Positions 20,878 through 32,092 of a stretch of DNA of 64,000 nt are shown in pieces. The stretch spans positions 73,862 to 137,861 of the forward strand of contig CACHCK010000001.1 of the NCBI GenBank assembly GCA_902578305.1, in the 5' to 3' direction. The notes under the pieces are model-generated. The model did no database searches and was not told the origin of the DNA. It saw only the letters and a program-made list of their open reading frames with translations. Position 1 is the first letter of the stretch. Every line of letters starts with the position of its first letter. The DNA comes from an uncultured Pelagibacteraceae bacterium. GTDB lineage: Bacteria > Pseudomonadota > Alphaproteobacteria > Pelagibacterales > AG-422-B15. The translations under genes were made by a program, and so were the position numbers.

Positions 20878-22178
20878 TTTGGTATTTCAATCGCAACCTC
20901 TAAACCTCCTAAATAACTGTCGTGCAGTGATATTTTTCCATTTATTGAATTCAATAAGGATTTAGTAGTAGCTAGACCTAATCCAGAGTTTGAGACATTC
21001 TGATTTCTACTTTGGTCTACTCTATAGAAAGGTTTAAATACATTATCTTTTTCACTATCAGGAATACCAATTCCATTGTCATGAATGTTTATTTTAATTA
21101 GGTTTTTGTTTATATCTGCTTTAATTATTATTTTGTCAGATTGTACAATCGCATTATTTAATACATTTGTAATTGAACGAGAAAAAATATTCTCATTTAC
21201 AAAAACTTCTTCATCATTAATGATTTCAAGGTTAATTTCATGTTTTGTAAAATGTATATCATTCTTAATATTTATTAATGCCTCAATAGGATTAATTGTG
21301 GATTTATCTTTTGACTCATTTATAGCTGCAAAATCTAAATATTCTACTAGCATCTCATTCATCTGATTTATTTCTAAATTTAGTTCATTTTTAATTTCAT
21401 TATCTTTTATTGACTCAAGAAGTAACTTCATTCTCGTGAGAGGAGTTTTTAAGTCGTGACTCACTCCCGCCAACATAAGAGATCGTTGCTCAATTTGTCT
21501 TGATATTCGATTTTTCATTTTTAAAAACTCCAAACTTGCCTGCCTTACCTCTAGAGCACCTGATACTTTGAAATTATTTACTTCTTGTCCTTTACCAAAT
21601 TGTTCCGCTGCTCTAGCTAAATTCGAAATTGGTTTAACTTGATTTTTCAAAAATAAATACGCTATCAAAATAAGGATAAATGATGAAATAATCTGCCACC
21701 CTAAAAATATATGGTTTCTAGAGGTTGTAATACGATGAATTGGGAAGTTAAAATTTATTACTTTTTCTGAAGTGCTTATCATAACATCGACTGTTTCGTT
21801 ATCTTGTTCAATGACAAAAAATTTATGTTTAATTCTGGTACTCAATTCATTTTTTAGACTGACAAGTACTTGATTATCGTTTTGTTTGGCTTTTAACTGT
21901 TCCAAATCATATTCAATCAATTCTTGGATATTCATAAGAAAATAATCACCAAATTGACTTTTGGCTTGATACTGATCTAACCTGATTTCACTTGAGAGCA
22001 TTCTGTCAGAAATTAATTCTATTTCCATAGCAACAGATCTTGATAGGCGGTTGAGTGTGCGTTCCCACAAACTATTATAGTAATAAGATAGAATTATTAA
22101 TTGAAACATAACTATTGGGAACAAAACAATTAACACTGTTCTTCCTAAAAGACTGGTTGGTAGAATTTTTTTAATCAT
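20874..22178 (-). CDS. EnvZ-like membrane sensor histidine kinase
   Basis: Two TM segments, HAMP domain, H-box SHDLKTPL, DNGIG and GLGL ATPase boxes. Confidence 0.93.
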   Translation of the reverse strand: MIKKILPTSLLGRTVLIVLFPIVMFQLIILSYYYNSLWERTLNRLSRSVAMEIELISDRMLSSEIRLDQYQAKSQFGDYFLMNIQELIEYDLEQLKAKQNDNQVLVSLKNELSTRIKHKFFVIEQDNETVDVMISTSEKVINFNFPIHRITTSRNHIFLGWQIISSFILILIAYLFLKNQVKPISNLARAAEQFGKGQEVNNFKVSGALEVRQASLEFLKMKNRISRQIEQRSLMLAGVSHDLKTPLTRMKLLLESIKDNEIKNELNLEINQMNEMLVEYLDFAAINESKDKSTINPIEALINIKNDIHFTKHEINLEIINDEEVFVNENIFSRSITNVLNNAIVQSDKIIIKADINKNLIKINIHDNGIGIPDSEKDNVFKPFYRVDQSRNQNVSNSGLGLATTKSLLNSINGKISLHDSYLGGLEVAIEIPN

Positions 22179-22859
22179 TTACTCAATCCATAGTTCATAA
22201 CCAGAACCTCTTTTAGTTTTAAGAAATTTTGGAATCTTGGGGTCTTTTTCAATTTTTTTTCTTAGTCTATTTATACACACGTCCAATGTTCTTTCTTGAT
22301 TAAAATTAAGTGAAGTAATTAGCTCCTCTCTAGAAAATGACTTACCAGGAAATTTTGATAATATTCGCAATATTTTTAATTCGTTCTCATTAAGAGACAG
22401 TTCAGTTGATTTTCCCTTGATCACGCCACTTTTTAAATCAACTATAATATTATCAAGTTGTATTTGTTTAGTTTCTTTTTTTATAGAGGTTTTATTTAAG
22501 ATATTATTTATGCGTAAAAGTAATTCTTTTGGTTCAAAAGGTTTTCCCAAATAATCATCTGCTCCAATTTCTAAACCATGGACCCTGTCTTCAGTCTCTC
22601 CCATTGCAGTTAGATGGATTATAGGTATTAGGGATTTTTCACGAATTTCTTTTGTTAATTCATAACCATTTTGTCCTGGCATCATTATGTCAATAACAAG
22701 TAAATCAAATGTAATATATTTTAGTATCTCTTTTGCTTCAGCGGCATTACTTGCTGTTGATACAAGGTACTTATTGTCTACTAAAAATGTCTTTAATAAT
22801 TCTCTAATCTTATCATCATCATCAACTAAAAGAATATGTAGATTATTTTCATTCATCAA
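22179..22859 (-). CDS. OmpR-family response regulator (PetR-like)
   Basis: LVDDD, DIMMPG, GADDYLGKPF, winged-helix C-terminus RGSGY. Confidence 0.93.
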   Translation of the reverse strand: MMNENNLHILLVDDDDKIRELLKTFLVDNKYLVSTASNAAEAKEILKYITFDLLVIDIMMPGQNGYELTKEIREKSLIPIIHLTAMGETEDRVHGLEIGADDYLGKPFEPKELLLRINNILNKTSIKKETKQIQLDNIIVDLKSGVIKGKSTELSLNENELKILRILSKFPGKSFSREELITSLNFNQERTLDVCINRLRKKIEKDPKIPKFLKTKRGSGYELWIE

Positions 22860-23326
22860 TGTTCCTCTATAAATGAATTTATTACTTGATTAAATCCTTG
22901 CACTGAACCAGCCCCAGACTTTACATAGGCTTTTGAAAGTGAATTGATAATGGGTTTTATTGCCTCGTTTAAAGCCTTGTTAGCATTATCTGTCATAAAT
23001 AAATTTTTTTTTCTTGCATCATCGTTGTTTATTTTTTGAATAATTAAGTTTTCTTTGATTAGAACTCTGAGTACACGATTAAGGCTTTGTTTCCTTATAT
23101 CCAATTTCTTCAGTAGTTCATTAAATGTTATTCCAGGCTTAATATTAATTATCAAAAGACATCTAATATCGGCTATGCCCAATTTTTTATCATCAAGGCT
23201 TGCTAAAATTTCTTTTTCAAGAATTTTTGCAACTTCAAAAAAACTATTTAATGAATTTTTGATTCTGTCTTCACGCAGATAAAGTAGAGATGCAGATTTA
23301 TTTGATATTGTATTTAAGTCAGCCAC
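22856..23326 (-). CDS. MarR-family regulator (PetP-like)
   Basis: LDIRKQSLNRVL...DARKKNL wHTH. Likely GTG start at 23326 (MADLN); conserved divergent position to ilvE. Confidence 0.85.
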   Translation of the reverse strand: MADLNTISNKSASLLYLREDRIKNSLNSFFEVAKILEKEILASLDDKKLGIADIRCLLIINIKPGITFNELLKKLDIRKQSLNRVLRVLIKENLIIQKINNDDARKKNLFMTDNANKALNEAIKPIINSLSKAYVKSGAGSVQGFNQVINSFIEEH

Positions 23327-23407
23327 TATGACATAATAATCTGAAAAATATATATTAATCAAGCCATTTATCTGTTATTAAACTTTTAATTTATTAGAGT
23401 AATTTAT

Positions 23408-24289
23408 ATGGAAATAGTACCATTTGATAATCGAGAAGGTTTTATTTGGATGAACGGAGAGTTTATCAAATGGAATGATGCAAAATGTCATGTTATTACT
23501 CAGGGTCTTCACTATGCCAGCGCTGTGTTTGAAGGGGAAAGAGCCTATAAAGGGAAGATTTTTAAATCTGAAGAACACACAAAAAGGCTATTTAGATCAG
23601 CGGAAATTGTAGGCATAAAAATTCCTTATAGTCAGTCTCAAATTAATGAGGCCAAAGATGAACTCATTAAAAAAATGAATTTTGAAGATTGTTATGTTAG
23701 GCCAATTGCATGGAGAGGGTCTCAGCAAATGGGAATTTCAACTGCTAAATCTGATATTAATGTTGCAATTGCAGTGTGGAATGATTGGGCATCATATTTT
23801 AAGATCGAAGATCGAAAAGCTGGCCTACGATTAATAACTTCACCATGGAAACGGCCATCACCTGATACGGCACCATGTGAAGCAAAAGCATCTGGTCCTT
23901 ACGTTATTTGTACAATGTCAAAAGAATTTGCGGAGGAAAAAGGATACCATGATGCCCTAATGTTGGACTATAGGGGCTATGTTGCTGAAGGTACTGGAGC
24001 AAATATTTTCTTTATTAAAGGAAAAGAAATTCATACTCCTATTCCTGATTGTTTTCTTAATGGTATAACTAGGCAAACTGTTATTGAAATGGTTAAAGAA
24101 CAAGGCTTTAATATTACCGAGCGTCATATAAAGCCAGAAGAAATTAGTAATTTTGATGAGGCCTTTCTAACAGGCACCGCGGCAGAGATTACTCCAATTC
24201 AGTCTATTGACGATATTAAATTCAATACTGGAGACAATACCCAAAATTTTAAGTTTATGCAGGATTATCACGAAATCGTGAGATCTTAA
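23408..24289 (+). CDS. ilvE: Branched-chain amino acid aminotransferase
   Basis: LHYASAVFEG, YVRP, AKASG, EGTGANIF, LNGITR, GTAAE. Confidence 0.96.
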   Translation: MEIVPFDNREGFIWMNGEFIKWNDAKCHVITQGLHYASAVFEGERAYKGKIFKSEEHTKRLFRSAEIVGIKIPYSQSQINEAKDELIKKMNFEDCYVRPIAWRGSQQMGISTAKSDINVAIAVWNDWASYFKIEDRKAGLRLITSPWKRPSPDTAPCEAKASGPYVICTMSKEFAEEKGYHDALMLDYRGYVAEGTGANIFFIKGKEIHTPIPDCFLNGITRQTVIEMVKEQGFNITERHIKPEEISNFDEAFLTGTAAEITPIQSIDDIKFNTGDNTQNFKFMQDYHEIVRS

Positions 24290-24290
24290 C

Positions 24291-24833
24291 TTAAAATATA
24301 CTTTTGTAGTATTGATAGGCGCTGATCAGCGTAATTATAGTTGACAGCCAGAACAGATAAATACCTATGTTTAATAAAGGCTGTAAATCTATGTAGATGC
24401 TTCCTATTAAGATCAAAAATAAACTCAAAATTTGAAAAGCAGTTTTATATTTTCCTAATATAGAAACATCTATTTTTTTTACTTCTGGTAAATTAGATGC
24501 ATACTCTCTCAGACCAGAGATAAAAATTTCTCTAAATATTATTAAGTATGCTGGAATTAAATTTATCTCATTAATATAGTCATTATAGATAAATGTAATT
24601 ATTAACAGTACGACAAATAGCTTATCTGCAATAGGATCTAACATTTTACCAAATTCAGATGTACTATTCGTTTTTCTTGCAATTAACCCATCAAAATAAT
24701 CTGACAATGCAATAACAATAAACAAAATAAGAATTGCCAAATTAAATGAGCTATCACTATCTATGATTAAATATATTAATAATGGTAATAAAAAAATTCT
24801 AAGAAGAGTGAGAAAATTTGGTAACTTAGACAT
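24291..24833 (-). CDS. pgsA: CDP-diacylglycerol--glycerol-3-phosphate 3-phosphatidyltransferase
   Basis: PNFLTLLR, DYFDGLIAR...GKMLDPIADK. Confidence 0.95.
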   Translation of the reverse strand: MSKLPNFLTLLRIFLLPLLIYLIIDSDSSFNLAILILFIVIALSDYFDGLIARKTNSTSEFGKMLDPIADKLFVVLLIITFIYNDYINEINLIPAYLIIFREIFISGLREYASNLPEVKKIDVSILGKYKTAFQILSLFLILIGSIYIDLQPLLNIGIYLFWLSTIITLISAYQYYKSIF

Positions 24834-26665
24834 TATCCATTAAAATATGCATATATTTTTTCTGAAAGCAACTTACTAATTCCTCTAACTTTCATCATAT
24901 CCTGAGCTGAGGCATTTTTAATATTTTTAACTGATCCAAAATGATTTAAAAGTAATTTTCTTCTGCTTCGTCCCAAACCTTCTATTGGTTCTAATTCTGA
25001 GGCATGCATTTCCCTCTTTCTTTTCGCTTTATGTGCCCCGATTGCGTAGCGATGTGACTCATCCCTAATTCTCTGAATAAAGAAAAAGGAGGGAGTATTT
25101 TTATCGATAAAGTTTTTTTTATTTTTATATATTATTTGATCTAATGACTCTTTTCTTCCCTCACCCTTAAATATTGATATTAGTTCCATTTCATTTAATC
25201 CTTTAGTTTCTAAGATTTCTTTAGCTAAATCGTAGTGGCCTTTACCTCCATCAATAACCAATAAATCAGGCAATTTTTCATATTTTTTAGAATTTTTGAT
25301 TGCTTCTTTTGAAAATCTTCTTTCAAGGACGTGTCTCATCATTCCGTAATCATCACCAAGTTTTACTTTTGATGAGTCTATATTAAATTTTCTGTATGAT
25401 TTTTTTTCAAACCCTTCTTCAGAGTAAACAATCATTGCACCAACTGCATTTTTGCCCGATAGATGACTGTTGTCATAGGCTTCAACTCTTTTTATTTTTT
25501 TAGTGATATTGAGTACTTTTGAAAGTTGGCTCAGATTCTCTTTGTCAGAGTGAGACTGTGCAATGTGATTTTTAAGTGCTAGTTCTGAGTTTCTACTCGC
25601 ATAATTCACTATATCTAATTTTTTTCCTTTTTTAGGGACAAAAAAAGATGTCTTGTAATTATAAATGGATTTAAGAGATGTTTGGATAAGAGATGAATTT
25701 TTTATAGGTAAGTTTAACAATACATTTTTTGGAGGGGAATATCTTGTATAGAAATCAACAATAAAACGCTCTAGGATCTCATAAGTTTCTACTTCATCGC
25801 TGTGTTTTGGAAAATAAGATCTATTTCCCCAATTTTGACCTGATCTATAAATAAATACTTGAACACATGATTTATTACCTTTTCTTGAAATTGAAATCAC
25901 GTCAGTATTTTTTACATCGTAAAGATTTATGTTTTGCTGACTTTGAATCTGGGTTAGAGCAACTATCTTATCTCTATAGCTAGCTGCTTTTTCATAATTA
26001 AGACTTTTACTTTCTTCATCCATTTTAGAAGATAACTCCTCTTGTAAATTGCTATGTTGACCTGAAAGAAAGTGCTCAGCATTCTTAACACTTTGTAAAT
26101 AATCTTTTTTACTTAATGTATAATCAACACAGGGACCACTACACCTTTCAATTTGATAAAGAAGACATGGTTTAGATCTATTTTCAAAAATAGTATCATC
26201 GCACGACCTTAGTAGAAAAACTTTCTGTAATATTTTCAGAGTATAATTTAGTGAATTAATTGTTGCGAAAGGACCAAAATATTTTCCTTTATATTTTTGT
26301 TTTCCTCTATGTTTTGAAATTTGTGGAAATTCTTGTTCATGATTAATAAAAATATAAGGAAATGATTTATCATCTCGTAAAAGTATATTGAAAGGAGGTT
26401 TAAGTTTTTTTATTAAGTTTGCCTCAAGCAACAAAGCTTCTTTTTCTGTCTCAGTAATAATTACTTCAATATTTGATATTCTACTAACCATCCTTCTGAT
26501 TCGATTTGAGAGATTGTTAGTGTTTAGATAGCTTTTAAGTCTATTTTGGAGATTTTTTGCTTTGCCAACATACATAATCTCTTCTTTTTCATTAAGCATT
26601 TTATAAATACCGGACGAAGAGGGGGATTGGTCAATTATTTCTTTAATATTCTCAAGATTATTCAT
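24833..26665 (-). CDS. uvrC: Excinuclease ABC subunit C
   Basis: GIY-YVG nuclease, EAYDNSH, IDGGKG, RDESHR, HhH. Confidence 0.98.
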   Translation of the reverse strand: MNNLENIKEIIDQSPSSSGIYKMLNEKEEIMYVGKAKNLQNRLKSYLNTNNLSNRIRRMVSRISNIEVIITETEKEALLLEANLIKKLKPPFNILLRDDKSFPYIFINHEQEFPQISKHRGKQKYKGKYFGPFATINSLNYTLKILQKVFLLRSCDDTIFENRSKPCLLYQIERCSGPCVDYTLSKKDYLQSVKNAEHFLSGQHSNLQEELSSKMDEESKSLNYEKAASYRDKIVALTQIQSQQNINLYDVKNTDVISISRKGNKSCVQVFIYRSGQNWGNRSYFPKHSDEVETYEILERFIVDFYTRYSPPKNVLLNLPIKNSSLIQTSLKSIYNYKTSFFVPKKGKKLDIVNYASRNSELALKNHIAQSHSDKENLSQLSKVLNITKKIKRVEAYDNSHLSGKNAVGAMIVYSEEGFEKKSYRKFNIDSSKVKLGDDYGMMRHVLERRFSKEAIKNSKKYEKLPDLLVIDGGKGHYDLAKEILETKGLNEMELISIFKGEGRKESLDQIIYKNKKNFIDKNTPSFFFIQRIRDESHRYAIGAHKAKRKREMHASELEPIEGLGRSRRKLLLNHFGSVKNIKNASAQDMMKVRGISKLLSEKIYAYFNG

Positions 26666-27093
26666 TATTCTGAACGAGAGCGTTCAACTTCGATGCCTGC
26701 GCTTTCAGCTTCTTGAATTGCATCAAGTTTTTCAAGTCTTATCTTCATAGTTTGAATTCTTTTGTTTTTAAAACACTCCTGAAATATTTTTTCAGCAAGT
26801 TTTTCTAGTAAAATTGTATGACCAGATTTAATAATTTTTTTAATTTTTTTTGAAATCTGATTATAACAAACAACACTGTACAATTTATCATCATTTATTT
26901 TTTTTGGATTTTTAACTTTAGCAATTATGTTTATACGGAGTGGTTGGCTCTTTATTTTCTCGTGTTTGTATACTCCAATGTTTGCATCGATCATAAAATC
27001 ATTTAAAAAGATTAAATCGTATCCAGAATTTGGATTGATCAAATCTGTTTCTGACCTTAATTCACTTAATTTAAGAATATTCCTTGCTGTCAT
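26665..27093 (-). CDS. folB: Dihydroneopterin aldolase
   Basis: IGVYKHEK, VVCY, LLEKLAE, RLEK. Confidence 0.88.
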   Translation of the reverse strand: MTARNILKLSELRSETDLINPNSGYDLIFLNDFMIDANIGVYKHEKIKSQPLRINIIAKVKNPKKINDDKLYSVVCYNQISKKIKKIIKSGHTILLEKLAEKIFQECFKNKRIQTMKIRLEKLDAIQEAESAGIEVERSRSE

Positions 27094-27812
27094 GATAAAT
27101 GTTCCCCACCATCTACAGCTATAAATTGACCTGTAATTGATTTTGATTCAAGCAGAAATTTAACTGTTTTGGCAATCTCCTCAGGCGGTGAACCTATTTT
27201 AAGTAGAGTATTTTTGATCGATTGATCAAAATGTTTTTTTGATTGATGAATATTTTTAAGTGTCGGACCTGGACCAATCGCATTAACCCTAATGTTAGGA
27301 GCAAATGATTTTGCCATGATTGTAGTTGCAGATAGTAAAGCAGATTTTGAAATGGAGTAGGAAAAGAACGATGTATCTGGATTGACTACATTTTGATCCA
27401 ATATATTTATGATATGCCCTAAGCTCTTTTTTGGAAGTTGTTTATTAAATTCTTTAGATATTATTAGAGGGGCGTATAAGTTTATATTCATATGATCATA
27501 CCAAAGTTTATCTTTTAAATTTTCTATATTATCATTGATGAATAAGGAGGCATTATTAACAATTGCATTTATTGGTCCAAAGAATTTTTTACTTCTTTTA
27601 ATTATATTTTTAACATCAGATATTTTAGACAAATCAGTTTTCACTATTTCGCAATCGCGCCCTTGACCATTAATAATATTTTTCAATTCTCTGGCTGCTT
27701 TTGAAGACTTATTATAGTGTATTATAAAATTATAATTAGAATCTTTGAGAAATAGTGCAATTGATCTACCAATTCTTTGGGAACCGCCTGTAATTAATAT
27801 TGTTTTTTTCAT
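27090..27812 (-). CDS. Short-chain dehydrogenase, pteridine reductase/FolM-like
   Basis: TGGSQRIG (Arg typical of PTR1/FolM), NNASLF, YSISK; coupled to folB. Confidence 0.82.
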   Translation of the reverse strand: MKKTILITGGSQRIGRSIALFLKDSNYNFIIHYNKSSKAARELKNIINGQGRDCEIVKTDLSKISDVKNIIKRSKKFFGPINAIVNNASLFINDNIENLKDKLWYDHMNINLYAPLIISKEFNKQLPKKSLGHIINILDQNVVNPDTSFFSYSISKSALLSATTIMAKSFAPNIRVNAIGPGPTLKNIHQSKKHFDQSIKNTLLKIGSPPEEIAKTVKFLLESKSITGQFIAVDGGEHLS

Positions 27813-28744
27813 AATATAAAAGAATACCCAAGATATAAAAAATAACTAATCAAGAAAAAAGCAGAATGTATTTTTCTCATTTGAATTCTTAAAATTGCCA
27901 TAAGAGCTATTGTCAAAGTTACTAATATTAAAATATATATGTGAAATACATCTATATTTTTTAGAGAATATTCAAGCCCTCTAAGTTGAATAATTATAAC
28001 CCCTGGTAAGAAAACAAATAGTATGTTCATAATGTTGCTACCAATAACATTACCAATACCTATAGAGCCCTTCTTTTTTAAGTAAGAAATAATAACAGTT
28101 ATCAATTCAGGTAAGGATGTTCCAATGGCCAGAATAAAAATACCTATTAGTACCTCGTTAACTCCTAACGCTTGAAAAATATTCAGTGAGCTGTCTAAAA
28201 AAATTTTCCCACCGATAAAAATGCCTATGAAGGCACTTAGTAAAATTAAATAAGTATATCTTCCAAAAATTTTTTGTTCTTCATTTTGATCTAAGGATTT
28301 ATAATTACGAAGAAAATTGATAAAGAACAAAGTTAAAACTAAATAGCCGACTGTGTGAATGAGAGTGACTGTTTGGCTAATATAAAATAAGAGCGCGAAG
28401 TATAAAGATATTAGAAGTAAAAAAATAATATCCTTAGTACCTAATTTATCTAGATTAATTTTGAAAAAAAATGCTGAAGTTCCTAAAATTAGTAAAATAT
28501 TTGCAATATTAGATCCTATAATATTTCCGGTAATGGCATCAGTAGCTGGAACGATCTTTGTTGCAGCAAATAGAGTTATAACTAATTCAGGTGCCGATGT
28601 ACCAAACGCTACAATTGTTAAACCTATTAATACTGGGGATAAATTGAACTTTTTAGCAATTACGTCAGCCGACTCAATCATTTTATCTGCACTGTATAAA
28701 AGAAGAGATAATCCTATTAACAGTATGCAGAAATCTATAAACAT
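27809..28744 (-). CDS. Calcium/sodium antiporter (YrbG-like CaCA)
   Basis: Two alpha repeats: GTSAPE...GSNIAN and GTSLPE...GSNIMN. Confidence 0.93.
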   Translation of the reverse strand: MFIDFCILLIGLSLLLYSADKMIESADVIAKKFNLSPVLIGLTIVAFGTSAPELVITLFAATKIVPATDAITGNIIGSNIANILLILGTSAFFFKINLDKLGTKDIIFLLLISLYFALLFYISQTVTLIHTVGYLVLTLFFINFLRNYKSLDQNEEQKIFGRYTYLILLSAFIGIFIGGKIFLDSSLNIFQALGVNEVLIGIFILAIGTSLPELITVIISYLKKKGSIGIGNVIGSNIMNILFVFLPGVIIIQLRGLEYSLKNIDVFHIYILILVTLTIALMAILRIQMRKIHSAFFLISYFLYLGYSFIL

Positions 28745-30798
28745 TAAGTAAAGTACTTTCTTTTTTTCCTTTTATTTTTTTTATAAACTATATTGCTGTT
28801 GGATGGTAACTCTAATTCATTATTCTCAAGCCTTTTTATCTCATCTCTTAACTTAGCAGCTTCTTCAAAATTGAGATCATCAGCAAAATCCATCATATTT
28901 TTCTTAAGTTCATCAAGATGTTTTTTTAGATTATTTCCGACGAGATGTTTTTCTGAACTCTTCAAATCAACGTTTACACGATCATTTTCATAAATACTTT
29001 CAAGAATATCACTAATATCCCTCTTAATAGTTTCAGGTGTAATATTATTTTCTTTGTTGTATTTCTTTTGTATATCTCTTCTTCTGTCAGTCTCACTTAT
29101 TGCTTTTTTTATACTTTCTGTTTCTTTATCAGCATACAGTATTACTCTTCCATCTACATTCCTTGCTGCTCTACCGATTGTCTGCACCAATGACCTCTCC
29201 GATCTTAAGAAGCCTTCTTTATCAGCATCTAATATTGCGACTAAAGCACATTCAGGTATATCCAAACCTTCTCTAAGTAAATTGATACCCACTAACACAT
29301 CAAACAATCCCTTTCTAAGGTCGCGGATAATTTCAATTCTCTCTAATGTATCGATATCTGAATGCATATATTTTACTTTTATTCCGTTTTCATGCATATA
29401 CTCTGACAAGTCCTCAGCCATGCGTTTAGTAAGTGTTGTCACTAATACTCGGTATTTAAGATCAATAATTTTTTTACATTCTGATATTAAATCTTCAACT
29501 TGAGTTTTCGCAGGTCTTATTTCAACCTCTGGATCAATCAACCCTGTTGGCCTTATTATTTGTTCAGTAAATACCCCTTGAGTTTTTTGCATTTCCCATG
29601 GTCCTGGAGTAGCAGAAATGAATAAACTTTGAGGGCGCATCATTTCCCATTCCTCAAATTTTAATGGTCTGTTATCTAAACAAGATGGTAATCTAAAGCC
29701 ATATTCTGACAGTGTTGTTTTTCTGCTTCGGTCACCTTTATACATGCCTTCTAATTGAGGTACTGTGACATGACTTTCATCAACAAAAAGGAGTGCATTG
29801 TCAGGCAAGTATTCAAAAAGTGTTGGAGGCGGTTCGCCTGGATTTCTTCCAGAGAGATATCTTGAATAATTCTCAATGCCTGGACAACTACCCGTTGCTT
29901 CAATCATTTCTAAATCAAACCTTGTTCTTTCTTCTATTCGTTGAGCTTCTATTAACTTATTTTCTTTTTTAAATTCAGGAATCCTTACTTCTAAATCTTT
30001 TCGTATTTGTTTTATGGCAGTATCAAGTGTTGGCCTTGGAGTGACGTAGTGACTGTTTGCATAAATTTTTATAGTTTCTAACTCAGCTGTCTTTTTTCCA
30101 GTCAATGGATCAAATTCACTTATCGACTCGAGATCATCTCCAAATAACGATAATTTCCACGCGCGGTCTTCGTAATGGGATGGAAAAACCTCAATCAAGT
30201 CTCCACGCACTCTAAATGTGCCTCTATGAAAATCTGTGTCGTTTCGGTTATATTGAAGCGTTATGAGTTTTTGAATAATTTCATTTCGTCCAATCTTTTG
30301 ATTTTTTTCTAATCGAATAGTCATTGATCTATAAGTTTCAACAGAACCTATTCCATAAATACATGAAACACTTGCAACAATTACAACATCTTTTCTCTCA
30401 AGTAAGGATTGAGTTGCTGAGTGTCTCATTCGATCGATTTGTTCATTTATCGATGCTTCTTTTTCAATGTAAGTGTTTGACCTCGGTACGTATGCTTCAG
30501 GTATATAATAGTCATAATAAGATACAAAATATTCAACAGCATTGTCTGGAAAGAATGACTTCATTTCACCATATAATTGTGCTGCTAAAGTTTTATTTGG
30601 AGCAAGTATTAGAGTTGGCCTTTGAAGTTTTTCTATAATTTTAGCCATCGTGAAAGTTTTGCCTGATCCAGTTACTCCAAGCAAAACTTGTTCCATCTCA
30701 TTGCCTTTGATGCTTTTAACAATCTCTTCAATTGCTTGAGGCTGATCTCCGGCAGGTTTGTATTCAGATGTGACTTTAAGAACTTCAGAATTTGGCAT
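28744..30798 (-). CDS. uvrB: Excinuclease ABC subunit B
   Basis: [26 protein letters not shown]. Confidence 0.98.
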   Translation of the reverse strand: MPNSEVLKVTSEYKPAGDQPQAIEEIVKSIKGNEMEQVLLGVTGSGKTFTMAKIIEKLQRPTLILAPNKTLAAQLYGEMKSFFPDNAVEYFVSYYDYYIPEAYVPRSNTYIEKEASINEQIDRMRHSATQSLLERKDVVIVASVSCIYGIGSVETYRSMTIRLEKNQKIGRNEIIQKLITLQYNRNDTDFHRGTFRVRGDLIEVFPSHYEDRAWKLSLFGDDLESISEFDPLTGKKTAELETIKIYANSHYVTPRPTLDTAIKQIRKDLEVRIPEFKKENKLIEAQRIEERTRFDLEMIEATGSCPGIENYSRYLSGRNPGEPPPTLFEYLPDNALLFVDESHVTVPQLEGMYKGDRSRKTTLSEYGFRLPSCLDNRPLKFEEWEMMRPQSLFISATPGPWEMQKTQGVFTEQIIRPTGLIDPEVEIRPAKTQVEDLISECKKIIDLKYRVLVTTLTKRMAEDLSEYMHENGIKVKYMHSDIDTLERIEIIRDLRKGLFDVLVGINLLREGLDIPECALVAILDADKEGFLRSERSLVQTIGRAARNVDGRVILYADKETESIKKAISETDRRRDIQKKYNKENNITPETIKRDISDILESIYENDRVNVDLKSSEKHLVGNNLKKHLDELKKNMMDFADDLNFEEAAKLRDEIKRLENNELELPSNSNIVYKKNKRKKRKYFT

Positions 30799-30889
30799 TA
30801 ATTTATTAATTAGTTAGAATATAAATTGTGTATTAATCTAATTTAATATAATAGCTGATTGTATAAATAACAAATTCTGGGGATAAGCA

Positions 30890-32092
30890 GTGGTAGAATT
30901 ATCACACAGTATAAAAAGAATTAAGCCATCGGCCACTATGGCAGTGACCCAAAAAGCTCGTGAATTAAAGGCTGCGGGAAAGGATATTATAGGGCTAGGA
31001 GCGGGAGAACCTGATTTTGATACTCCAGAAAATATTAAAAAAGCTGCTATTCAAGCGATAAACGATGGAGATACAAAATATACCCCTGTTGATGGAACTC
31101 CAGAACTGAAGAAAGCAATCAAAGCAAAATTTAAAAGAGAAAATAGTTTAGATTACGAGCTTGATGAAATCTCTGTTGGTACAGGAGGAAAGCAAATTAT
31201 TTTTAATGCATTTGCTGTCTCCTTAAATGAATCAGATGAAGTAATTATTCCAGCTCCTTATTGGGTAACTTACCCTGACGTCGTTAATTATTTCAATGGA
31301 AAACCTATTTTCGTTCAATGTGGTGAAGAGTCAGGATTTAAAATAACCCCACAACAACTTGAAAATACAATCAACCAATCAACCAAATGGTTTATTCTTA
31401 ATTCACCATCAAATCCTACAGGTTCCTGTTATACAAAGAATGAACTTTTAGAACTTGCAAATGTTTTAAAAAAATATCCACACGTGAACATAATGACAGA
31501 CGATTTATATGAACATCTTATATACGATGATAATGAATTTCATACATTTGCAAGCATTGCTCCAGAACTTAAAGAAAGAATATTAACATTGAACGGAGTT
31601 AGTAAGGCATATGCTATGACAGGCTGGAGAATTGGTTATGCGGGAGGAAATGCCAGCTTAATTAAAGCCATGGGTAAGCTTCAGTCTCAATCAACAAGCA
31701 ATCCAACATCTATCAGTCAAGCTGCAGCGGTTGAAGCCTTAAATGGAGATAATTCATTCATTGCCGAAAGAGCCAAAGTATTTAAAGGTAGACGTGATTT
31801 TCTAATCAATGAATTTACTAGTATGAATGGAATTACTTGTAGAGTACCTGAGGGTGCATTTTATGTTTTTCCATCATGTAAAGGAGTAATTGGTAAAGTT
31901 GATGAGTCGAATAATAAAATTACTAATGATGAAGAATTTACGACATCATTATTAGAGCATGCAGGAGTTGCTGTTGTTCAAGGTTCAGCTTTTGGTTTGG
32001 AGGGCTATTTTAGAATTTCTTATGCAACTTCAGACGAAAACTTAAAAAATGCATGCGTTCGAATGAGAGATTTTCTTAATAAATTAAGATAA
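30890..32092 (+). CDS. aspC: Aspartate aminotransferase (class I PLP enzyme)
   Basis: GAGEPDF, NSPSNPTG, SKAYAMTGWRIG. Confidence 0.92.
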   Translation: MVELSHSIKRIKPSATMAVTQKARELKAAGKDIIGLGAGEPDFDTPENIKKAAIQAINDGDTKYTPVDGTPELKKAIKAKFKRENSLDYELDEISVGTGGKQIIFNAFAVSLNESDEVIIPAPYWVTYPDVVNYFNGKPIFVQCGEESGFKITPQQLENTINQSTKWFILNSPSNPTGSCYTKNELLELANVLKKYPHVNIMTDDLYEHLIYDDNEFHTFASIAPELKERILTLNGVSKAYAMTGWRIGYAGGNASLIKAMGKLQSQSTSNPTSISQAAAVEALNGDNSFIAERAKVFKGRRDFLINEFTSMNGITCRVPEGAFYVFPSCKGVIGKVDESNNKITNDEEFTTSLLEHAGVAVVQGSAFGLEGYFRISYATSDENLKNACVRMRDFLNKLR

